From assembly GCA_024280995.1 (NCBI GenBank), contig JAMXLM010000045.1:80264-144263 (forward strand): a stretch of 64,000 nt of DNA, in the 5' to 3' direction. Source of the DNA: Candidatus Dormiibacterota bacterium (lineage in GTDB: Bacteria; Chloroflexota; Dormibacteria; Dormibacterales; Dormibacteraceae). The position numbers and the translations under genes are program-made. Shown here piece by piece: positions 13,629 to 21,431 of this stretch. Each line of letters starts with the position of its first letter. The stretch's first letter is position 1. The notes under the pieces were generated by a model, which worked only from the letters and a program-made list of their open reading frames with translations, ran no database searches and was not told where the DNA came from.

Positions 13629-15395
13629 CTAGATGCCTAGCGGCCACCACCCCAGGAATCGGTTGTACGTGCCCAGGGCGCCCTGCACCGTGTGAGCGGC
13701 GCTGGTCAGGTTCGCGGCCTGGGTGGGCGAGAGCTTGCCGCTGTTGGCGTCGGCGCGGACCTCGTTGAGGAAGGCGTCGAGCTGGTTCGATGAAGCCTTG
13801 GGGTCGCCGCGGTCCTCGGAGGCGGCGGCCGCGTCGAGCTTGGCGATCAGGCTGTTCTTCTGCCCGGCGTTGAGTCCTGACAGCCCCCGAACGTAGTTGG
13901 CGAGGGTGCCCAGCGCTTGAGATGGGGTCTGCACGGTGACGTTGAAGGTCGCCGTGCCGGTGGCGAGGTCCTCGCCCTCCGAGACCGTGAGCGTCACCGA
14001 GTACGGGCCGGCGGTGGCGAACGCATGGCTGACCGTCCACCCGGTGGCGGTGGGCGAACCGTCGCCGAAGTCCCAGGTGGCGGTGTGCGGATCGAACGTC
14101 CCGGGGTCGGTGAAGCTGCCGGTGAAGGTGATCATCTCGTTGGGCAGGAACAGCGCCGGGGCGGTCTGTGCCGGCGTGACGCTGTCGATGGACGCCGTCG
14201 GCGCCACGTCGAGCACCACGGCGGTTGTCGAGGCGGTGCCGGTCATCGACCCGTCGTCCGTGGCCGCGAGGGTGACCACGTAGGTGCCCTCGTCGTTTGG
14301 CGTGAAGGTGAAGGACGTGCCGGCGCCCGACGCGTCGTAGGCGGCTCCGTCTTTGGTGACCGACCAGCTGTAGGTGAAACCGGCCTGGTTGTCTGACGCC
14401 GAGGCGCTGAGAGCAGAGCCCGTGAACGAGAGCGCAGTGCCCTCGGACGTCCCGGAAGTCGTGCTCGACGCAGCCCTCGGCGTGGTCGACGCAATGGTCA
14501 CGGCGGGCGCTGTCGCGGCGACGTCGACCGTGAACTGGGTCGTCACGGCGGCGTTGTGGCCATCGTTGGCGGTGATGGTCACGGTCTGGGTCGGGGCTTC
14601 GTCCGAGGCCGGCTGCGTCCAGGCCCACGACCCGATGTTGGTGCCGGACCGGGTCAGCGTGCCGGATGAGGCTGACAGCGCAACGTTGTCGCCGTCACCG
14701 TCGGAGTACGTGCCGGTGTTGGTCGGCGCGGTGCCTTCGTTCGTGTGAACGGCCGCCTGCGCCTCGGTCACGGACGGCGGGGTGTTGGACGCGGGCGGTG
14801 TGCCGCCGGTCACGTAGGTCTGGTACGCGAAGTTGGTGTTCGCCACACCGGCCATCCACTTGTTGCTCAGGTCGCAGCATGTCCACTGCGCGCTGCCGGA
14901 GTACGGCCACGCGGTCATGTACGACCACTTCACCGTGAACGAGCGCACGGCCAGAACGACGATTGCGTACTGCGTCCCGGCAGTGACCTGCACGGCGGGG
15001 CTGAGGTCGAAGTTGCGCCAGTTCGGGGTCCCGGTCCAGCTCAGGAACCGGTACGAGGCCGGTGTGCCGGACGCCGTGAGCGTCGGCTGGGAGGTATCCA
15101 CCTTCCAGATCTGCAGGGTGAACGCCGGGCCGTTGGCAACGGTGCTCGGCACGCCGCTTGCCCCCTCGAAGAGCGCCACGCGGTCCAGCTGACCGGTGCG
15201 CGAGGGGGTGAAGGTCTCGGCCATCTGCTGATACCAGAACCAGTTGCTGAATCCGGGGAGCGTGCCGTTGTCGGGGATCGCTCGGTCGATGGTGCCGGTC
15301 GCACCCGCCGGGCTCGCAAAACCGAGTGCGAGCACGGCCGCGGTTGCCGCCGCCGTCGAGATCCGCAAGACATTCCGCCGCAACGAAGTCTTCAC
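13629..15395 (-). CDS. secreted multidomain protein with PKD/Ig-like repeats
   Basis: GTG at 15395 gives a signal peptide (VKTSLRRNVLRISTAAATAAVLALGFASPAGA). A PKD signature (WDFGDGSPTATGWTVSHAFATAGPYSVTLTV) plus related Ig-like repeats. The N-terminal domain is unassigned. Helical C-terminal tail. Confidence 0.7.
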   Translation of the reverse strand: MKTSLRRNVLRISTAAATAAVLALGFASPAGATGTIDRAIPDNGTLPGFSNWFWYQQMAETFTPSRTGQLDRVALFEGASGVPSTVANGPAFTLQIWKVDTSQPTLTASGTPASYRFLSWTGTPNWRNFDLSPAVQVTAGTQYAIVVLAVRSFTVKWSYMTAWPYSGSAQWTCCDLSNKWMAGVANTNFAYQTYVTGGTPPASNTPPSVTEAQAAVHTNEGTAPTNTGTYSDGDGDNVALSASSGTLTRSGTNIGSWAWTQPASDEAPTQTVTITANDGHNAAVTTQFTVDVAATAPAVTIASTTPRAASSTTSGTSEGTALSFTGSALSASASDNQAGFTYSWSVTKDGAAYDASGAGTSFTFTPNDEGTYVVTLAATDDGSMTGTASTTAVVLDVAPTASIDSVTPAQTAPALFLPNEMITFTGSFTDPGTFDPHTATWDFGDGSPTATGWTVSHAFATAGPYSVTLTVSEGEDLATGTATFNVTVQTPSQALGTLANYVRGLSGLNAGQKNSLIAKLDAAAASEDRGDPKASSNQLDAFLNEVRADANSGKLSPTQAANLTSAAHTVQGALGTYNRFLGWWPLGI

Positions 15396-15477
15396 TTGAC
15401 CCGATAGACGTGCCTGAAGACGAATTCCTGCGCGAGCCCGGTCGGAACGTCCATGCCGCGGTTGGCATACTTCGCCG

Positions 15478-18400
15478 GTGACCCTCGCGCGTCTTGCGTT
15501 GATCGACCTCGCGCGCAAGAAGGCGGTCGCGGGCGTTCAGCTCGTCGGTCTTGTCACGGCGATGGCTCTCGCCGTTGCGCTGCCGCTGATGCAGGCGGTG
15601 GCCGCGGAGCAGGGACTCCACACCGCAATCCAATCGCTGGGCCAGGGCGCCAACCTCGAGATCGAGATCGATCGCGTCGCCGGACCGGGCGACTTCGACG
15701 CCTTCCAGGCCGACGCGAGCCGGCGGGTCAAGACCGACCTCGGCGCCGTCGAGGTCCCTGGCGCGCGCTTTGTCCGCTCCAACCAGCTGCTGCCGGTTTC
15801 GATCAACGGCCAGGGTCTGGTCCACGACCCGAGCGATCCCCTTCCCGTGATGTCCTACTACGAAAACCTCCAGTCGCACGTCAACATCACCTCCGGCTCG
15901 TGGCCACAGGACGCCGTGATCGGCGGCGCCTGGCAAGCAGCCGTCTCGGATACCGCGGCCGGGCTGCTGGGCCTGAAGGTCGGCGACCTCTACTGCCTTG
16001 CGCCCAACGGCTCGTCCCGCCGGCCGCCGGGCCTGATGTTCTGCATGACGATCACCGCGATCTGGCAGGCGAAGAGCACCGCGGACCCTTACTGGGCGGG
16101 CCAGTTTCTCGGCACCGACCTGTCGATCGGACGGAACAGCCTGTTCCAGATCGCCTCAGGCAATCCGTTCGTGACCCTGCACATGGCCCAGCTCTACGTG
16201 ACCGATCTGTCGCAGGTACATGCCGCCGACGCGGCGTCTCTGCGCGATCGCCTGCTCAGCCTGCAGGGCGATTACGCCGTCATCTCCGACGCGACCTTCA
16301 TCACAGGCCTCGCCGACGAGATGAAGGTCTTCTTGAACAGGCTTGCCGTGCAGCAGGCGCTGGCGGTGAGCGTCGAGTTCGCGCTGCTTGCGGTCGCGCT
16401 CTACGCCATCGGCCTCGCCGCGCTGCACTTCCTCGACGGACAGAAATCCTTGATCGGTCTCTGGCGCGCTCGCGGGGGCTCGCGCCTGCGCGGGTGGCTC
16501 TTGCTGATGATCGAGATGGGAGTGCTGGCGCTGCTCGCGGTGCCGTTGGGCGCGCTGATCGGCGTCTTCGTCGTCAGCCTCGTCAGCTCGCGCCTCTTCG
16601 GCGCCTCGCAGGTCCTCGAGCGGGGCACGCTCGTCTCGGCGACCCCCACCCTCGCGCTGGTCCTGCTTGCCGTGTTCGCGACCCTCGGGGTGCTCGCGGC
16701 CGGCGCGACCCGGCGGTCGGTCGCCGACGTGCGCCGGGCGTCGTCGCAGCCCGCGCTCACCGCGTGGTGGCGGCGGCCATGGGTCGACGCAGCCTTCGCG
16801 GTAGTAGGCATCCTGCTGATCGTTCAGTTCCAAACTCAGGCCGGGCGGCTGACGGCGGCGTCCGGCCCCGATCCATTGACGCTGATCCTGCCGGGCATTG
16901 CCCTGGCACTGCTCGCGGTCGCCGGGCTGCGCCTGCTTCCGGTCGCGGCGACCCTGCTGGCGCGAGGCGGCGACCTCGGCAGCCGGCTTGCAAAATGGCG
17001 ACTCGAGCGACAGCCGCTGCAGCACGCTCGCGTCGCGCTGCTCCTCTCCTTCGCGCTCGCTTTGAGCCTCTTCACGAGCGCCTACCTGTCGACCGACCGC
17101 AGCAACGCTCTCGATCGCGCCCGCTACGAAGCGGGCAGCGACGTCCGCTTCACCTACGGGTTCGGAACAGCTCCGTCGACCATCGACCAGGCCGCGGCCG
17201 CGGTCCCCGGCGTCGTCGCCAGGGCGGACACATTTCGCGACATCGGCCGCCCGGGACGCGCCGACCTGACGGCAGTCGTGCTCGGCCTCGACGAGTACGA
17301 CGTCCCGGCCGTCGCGTCATGGCGGTCCGACTTCGCGCGGCAGTCGCTGCCGGACCTGATGTCGCTTCTCGCCCGTGGCGACCCCGACGGCCTGCTCGTC
17401 CCTGGCCGGCCTCAGTCGCTCTCGGTGTGGGTCTACAGCACGGGTTTCAACGCCACGCTGACGGCTCAGCTGCGAGGGGCCGACGGGCGGGCCGTCGACG
17501 CGAGCTTCGGCAGCCTCGCATCGAACGGATGGACCTCGTTGCAGGCGAGCCTGAGCGGCGTAGGGGCCAACGAATATCCGTTGCGCCTTCGCACGCTGCT
17601 CGTCACGCCCGCCGGGCCGAACGACTCCGGAGACATCTCCCTGAGCGACCTGCGTGCCGGTCCCGCCGGCGGCTCGTCCCCCGTTGTCGAAGCGTTCGCG
17701 ACGCCGGACGGATGGTGGCACGAGGCGGTCGGTCGTTTCGGCGGGCAGGGATCCATGGCGATGGGGTCGCGTCAGCACGACGGCCGGCCGGCTGTCGAGA
17801 TACCAACCGACGTCGGGGGCGGCGCCCTGGCCATGCACCCTGGCGCGTCGTCGGCGCCGCTGCCCGCGATCATCTCTTCGCAGACCGCGGCACACCTCGG
17901 CGTCGGCGTCGGGCAGACGTTCCCTCTTCACATCGAGGCGAATGACGTGGACGTGAAGCTCGTCGGCACCGTCGACTACTTCCCCACCCTCTATCCCGGC
18001 CAGGACGATTTCCTGCTGGTCCCGGGCGAGTCGCTGACCGAGCGGTTGCGGTTGGACGACGCCTATGCGTACGCCAACGAGTCGTGGCTGAAGGTCAGAG
18101 GCTCGGCTGCCGCCGCCGCGAACGCGGTTCAGCAGGTGTCGCGCGGCGAGGCGAGCATCGTCGATCGCGAATCGCTCGAAAACGCCGCGCTGACGAACCC
18201 CCTTCGCCTCAGCCTGGACGCCGCGCTCGTCATCGGCCTGGTGGCGGCGTTGACCCTGGTGGTCGTCGGCTTCGGAGTGCACTTCCTCGCCGTGGCGCGA
18301 GGACGTGTCAGCGAGTCCGCGATCATGCAGGCCAACGGCCTTCCCTGGCGCGTGGTGGACCGCGGATTGTTCATCGAGCAGCTCGTCGTCGTCGCGTACA

Positions 18401-18633
18401 GCGTCATCGCAGGGGCGGTGCTCGGAGCCGTGATGGCGTGGTCGATCCTCCCCGTGCTCCAGACCAGCACGCTGCCCGACGAGCTGATACCTCCGACGAT
18501 GGTCACGCTCGATGCGCGCACCCTTCTGATCGCCGCGGCCGCGCTGCTGGCCGCGTCTTGGGCGGTAGGCCAGGCAGGCATTCGCTCAGCCAGCCGGTTC
18601 CGTCTGCACGACGAGCTGAGATCGCTGGCGTGA
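15478..18633 (+). CDS. ABC transporter permease with two FtsX-type modules (MacB/FtsX family)
   Basis: 1051 aa. N-terminal TM followed by a large extracytoplasmic segment and an FtsX module, then the same arrangement repeated once (second FtsX module at the C-terminus). Confidence 0.85.
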   Translation: MTLARLALIDLARKKAVAGVQLVGLVTAMALAVALPLMQAVAAEQGLHTAIQSLGQGANLEIEIDRVAGPGDFDAFQADASRRVKTDLGAVEVPGARFVRSNQLLPVSINGQGLVHDPSDPLPVMSYYENLQSHVNITSGSWPQDAVIGGAWQAAVSDTAAGLLGLKVGDLYCLAPNGSSRRPPGLMFCMTITAIWQAKSTADPYWAGQFLGTDLSIGRNSLFQIASGNPFVTLHMAQLYVTDLSQVHAADAASLRDRLLSLQGDYAVISDATFITGLADEMKVFLNRLAVQQALAVSVEFALLAVALYAIGLAALHFLDGQKSLIGLWRARGGSRLRGWLLLMIEMGVLALLAVPLGALIGVFVVSLVSSRLFGASQVLERGTLVSATPTLALVLLAVFATLGVLAAGATRRSVADVRRASSQPALTAWWRRPWVDAAFAVVGILLIVQFQTQAGRLTAASGPDPLTLILPGIALALLAVAGLRLLPVAATLLARGGDLGSRLAKWRLERQPLQHARVALLLSFALALSLFTSAYLSTDRSNALDRARYEAGSDVRFTYGFGTAPSTIDQAAAAVPGVVARADTFRDIGRPGRADLTAVVLGLDEYDVPAVASWRSDFARQSLPDLMSLLARGDPDGLLVPGRPQSLSVWVYSTGFNATLTAQLRGADGRAVDASFGSLASNGWTSLQASLSGVGANEYPLRLRTLLVTPAGPNDSGDISLSDLRAGPAGGSSPVVEAFATPDGWWHEAVGRFGGQGSMAMGSRQHDGRPAVEIPTDVGGGALAMHPGASSAPLPAIISSQTAAHLGVGVGQTFPLHIEANDVDVKLVGTVDYFPTLYPGQDDFLLVPGESLTERLRLDDAYAYANESWLKVRGSAAAAANAVQQVSRGEASIVDRESLENAALTNPLRLSLDAALVIGLVAALTLVVVGFGVHFLAVARGRVSESAIMQANGLPWRVVDRGLFIEQLVVVAYSVIAGAVLGAVMAWSILPVLQTSTLPDELIPPTMVTLDARTLLIAAAALLAASWAVGQAGIRSASRFRLHDELRSLA

Positions 18634-19493
18634 GCGATCCGCTGGTCGACTGTGAAGGCCTCGTCTACATCTACAAGGCGCGCACGCTCGAAGTGGTCGC
18701 GCTGCAAGGGTTGGATCTGCACGTGGAGCCTGGCGAGATGGTCGCGATCGCCGGGCGGAGCGGCAGCGGCAAGACCACGCTCATGAACATCCTGGCCGGG
18801 GTCGACGTGCCGACGGCGGGCAGAGCGGTTGTCGCCGGCCACGACCTCACCCGGATGAGTGAGCGGGAGCGCGACCTCTACCGGCACCAGACGGTCGGTT
18901 ATCTGCTGCAGCGGTCGCAAGCCAACCTCCTGCCGGAGCTCAGCGCGCTCGAGAACGTCGAGCTCGCGACGCTTACAGGTCCCGGCGCGCGCGACGGGCG
19001 CGCGGCGAAGTTGATGGATCGGCTCGGTCTCGGTCCGCGGATGCATGTCCGGCCCGCCGGGCTGACGGGCGGCGACAAGATCCGGCTCGCGCTTGCGGTG
19101 GCGCTGGCCAACGGTCCGCGCCTGCTGCTCGCCGACGAACCCACCGCCGAGCTCGACACCGCGACCGCGCATTCGGTGCTTGGCGACCTGGCCGAGCTGC
19201 TCGAAGAGCTGGACACGACCGCGATCTTCGTTACTCACGACCCCGAGCTCGAGCGGTTCGCGCGGCGCGTGATCCAGATCCGCGACGGCAAGACGTCGAC
19301 CGAGACGCGATGGACGGGCTCGCGCGAGGCGCTGGTCGCTGACGAGCTCGTGATCATGGACCGGGCGGGCCGGATCCAGCTCCCGAAGGCGTATGTCGAA
19401 AAGCTGGGCCTGAAGGAGCGGGTCCGCCTGCGTATCGAAAACGACCACATCGCCATCCTGCCGCCCGAGTCAGGGGACACCGACCATGCCTGA
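18630..19493 (+). CDS. ABC transporter ATP-binding protein with degenerate signature motif and C-terminal SpoVT/AbrB-like extension
   Basis: GTG 18630 overlaps the permease TGA (GTGA). Walker A GRSGSGKTT, Walker B LLLADEPT, H-loop FVTHD. The signature motif is LTGGDKIRLA. C-terminal tail ...MDRAGRIQLPKAYVEKLGLKERVRLRIENDHIAILPP. Confidence 0.85.
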   Translation: MSDPLVDCEGLVYIYKARTLEVVALQGLDLHVEPGEMVAIAGRSGSGKTTLMNILAGVDVPTAGRAVVAGHDLTRMSERERDLYRHQTVGYLLQRSQANLLPELSALENVELATLTGPGARDGRAAKLMDRLGLGPRMHVRPAGLTGGDKIRLALAVALANGPRLLLADEPTAELDTATAHSVLGDLAELLEELDTTAIFVTHDPELERFARRVIQIRDGKTSTETRWTGSREALVADELVIMDRAGRIQLPKAYVEKLGLKERVRLRIENDHIAILPPESGDTDHA

Positions 19494-20160
19494 GGCGGCC
19501 GTCGTCCAGCAGGTGTCGAAGCACTTCAACACCGGGCGGCGCGTCGACGCGCTGGTCGGCGTCGATCTCGCGGTCGATGAGGCCGAGCTCGTCGTGCTGC
19601 TGGGCCGTTCAGGCGCGGGCAAGAGCACGCTCTTGAGCCTGATCGGCGGGCTGGACCAGCCGGACAGCGGCACCATACGCGTCGGCGGCCAGGACGTGGC
19701 AAGCCTGCACGGCGCGGAGCTCGACCGTTTCCGTCAGCGGACGATCGGGTGGGCGTTTCAGAGCGCGGGCCTGTTGCCCCTCCTCACAGCCCTCGAGAAC
19801 GTCTGGCTGCCTCTGACGTTGATGGGACGAAACGAAGGCGAGGCCATCACCGAGGCGCGTGCAGTGCTGCGTGCGGTCGGGTTGGAGGAGCGCGCCGACC
19901 ACCGCGCGTACGAGCTGTCCGGCGGTGAGCAGCACCGCGTGGCGCTCGCGCGCGCGCTCGCGAAGGCGCCGCTGCTGCTGCTGGCGGACGAACCGACGGC
20001 GCAGCTGGACTCGGAAACGGCGCGGGACATAACCCGCTTGATCAGGTTGGCGGCGGACTCGGGCACCGCCGTGCTGTTCGCCACGCATGACCGCGCGGTG
20101 ACGGAGTTCGCCGACCGGGTTGTGACGATCGAGGACGGGCGGGTCGGGGCATCAGGCTGA
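19486..20160 (+). CDS. ABC transporter ATP-binding protein (MacB/LolD-like, canonical motifs)
   Basis: Walker A GRSGAGKST, signature LSGGEQHRVALARA, Walker B LLLADEPT. 8-nt overlap with the preceding ATPase gene. Confidence 0.9.
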   Translation: MPEAAVVQQVSKHFNTGRRVDALVGVDLAVDEAELVVLLGRSGAGKSTLLSLIGGLDQPDSGTIRVGGQDVASLHGAELDRFRQRTIGWAFQSAGLLPLLTALENVWLPLTLMGRNEGEAITEARAVLRAVGLEERADHRAYELSGGEQHRVALARALAKAPLLLLADEPTAQLDSETARDITRLIRLAADSGTAVLFATHDRAVTEFADRVVTIEDGRVGASG

Positions 20161-20766
20161 AGCGGGACGCCTCACGTTGCCGAGCCAGACAACGGCGGCG
20201 CAGACGATCAGCATGAAGATCAGCACCGCGACGCTGTAGAAAAGCACCGCGCCGTAGCCGCCGTGCGCCGGGCTCATGAACGGGTAGTGGTACTTGCCGG
20301 TGATCGCGCCACGGATCTGCTCGTATGCGACCCACGCCACCGGGAATGCGAGCCACACCGCGCCTTGCCGAAGCGTGATGCGGTTCTGGGGCGGGTCGAG
20401 CAGCCAGTCGGCGAGCACGACCATGGGCATGATCTCGTGGACGACGCTGTTGACCCACGGGATCGCGGTGTCGACGTTCGTGCCGCCGAGCAGCACCGCG
20501 AACACGCCGCCCGTGACGGCCATGTAGACGACGGCCGCGCCCCGCAACAGGTCAAAGCTTTGCGAGCGCGGCGAGCGCCATCGGGCGGCGCCGACCAGGA
20601 AGAGCACCACGGCGATCGTGTTGCTGAGGATCGTGAAGAAGGTCAGGTAGTGGACCGGGTCGAGCGTTCCGGCCTGGGCGAGATTGACCATCTGATAGGC
20701 AATCGCGACGAAGGTGAGCAGGCCAAAGCCGAGGCGGTAGAGCGGAACGACTGTACGAAAGGCCAT
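20152..20766 (-). CDS. integral membrane protein (about 6 TM; tentatively Pr6Pr/FAR-17a-AIG1-like)
   Basis: 204-aa, strongly hydrophobic ORF. The family assignment is from memory of the sequence pattern only. Confidence 0.55.
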   Translation of the reverse strand: MAFRTVVPLYRLGFGLLTFVAIAYQMVNLAQAGTLDPVHYLTFFTILSNTIAVVLFLVGAARWRSPRSQSFDLLRGAAVVYMAVTGGVFAVLLGGTNVDTAIPWVNSVVHEIMPMVVLADWLLDPPQNRITLRQGAVWLAFPVAWVAYEQIRGAITGKYHYPFMSPAHGGYGAVLFYSVAVLIFMLIVCAAVVWLGNVRRPASA

Positions 20767-20824
20767 GCGCCGCGAGAGCTTAGCGGCTGGACGGAGAGTT
20801 GCACGTAGGTGCTTCGCAAGGAGT

Positions 20825-20901
20825 TGGTGCCGGCGACAGGATTCGAACCTGCGACTGTCGGTTTAAAAGACCGCCGCTCTGCCAGGCTGAGCTACGCCGG
20901 C
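20825..20901 (-). tRNA. tRNA-Lys (anticodon TTT)
   Basis: Folded by hand. Acceptor GCCGGCG/CGCCGGC, D arm GCTC-AGCCTGGCA-GAGC, anticodon loop CTTTTAA, T arm GCAGG-TTCGAAT-CCTGT, encoded CCA. Confidence 0.9.
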
Positions 20902-21089
20902 ACGTCATCAATTCTCACGATTTCGGCCGGTCCAGCCCGAGGCCTTGTCAGCGGGCTCACCCAATTCGGTGCCAGGTGAGGCGTGATCCAGGCACAAGGA
21001 CTACGAACTGTGCATGCGTTCCTACCGTTGTGGACGCCGATCCAACCTCCCACGAATACGATGTACTTCTGCCGGGCGAAGCCAGCTCG

Positions 21090-21323
21090 ATGGTCAACCC
21101 GTCGAAGCGCGACATCGAGCACTGGATTGAGGTGTACGACGAACTCTGCCGGTTCAAAGAGACGATTCTTCGGACCTTGATAGAGCAACGGGACAAAGTT
21201 GCCCTGGCAGGCCGAATCGAAGTCGATCACGATGACATGGTCCTGAGGAGCGAGTACGAACGCCTGAGGCGCCGGCTGCAGTATTGGCAGCGCGTGAGCA
21301 AGGCGGGACGTCAGGCGCCGTAG
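21090..21323 (+). CDS. hypothetical small helical protein (77 aa)
   Basis: ATG at 21090 within ORF 20799..21323; the upstream part overlaps the tRNA. Third-codon positions are GC-rich on this strand and less so for the antisense ORF. No recognisable family. Confidence 0.45.
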   Translation: MVNPSKRDIEHWIEVYDELCRFKETILRTLIEQRDKVALAGRIEVDHDDMVLRSEYERLRRRLQYWQRVSKAGRQAP

Positions 21324-21431
21324 CGAGGCTCACTCGCCTCTTCCTTCGTCGTCGAGCTCATGTGGTCAAGGAATGATTGCCGAGGTGGCAATCAAGGTTG
21401 GATCGACTTCTTTTAGTAGGCCGCCCTGTCT

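Noticed and set aside
13615-14628. N-terminal part of ORF 12907..14628 (-). Also the upstream extensions of ORFs 58..1626, 9659..13078, 13629..15518, 33906..35750, 45013..45861, 59766..60704 and 60637..61701.
   Set aside because: These extensions overlap the preceding gene in another frame and are Arg-rich. Internal ATG/GTG/TTG codons give family-typical N-termini or signal peptides, often with start/stop coupling.
20767-21431. Genomic island or prophage integrated at tRNA-Lys.
   Set aside because: There is no integrase and no direct repeat of the tRNA 3' end. The atypical DNA lies on the 5' side of the tRNA rather than the 3' side that integrases usually target. At most it is a short remnant.
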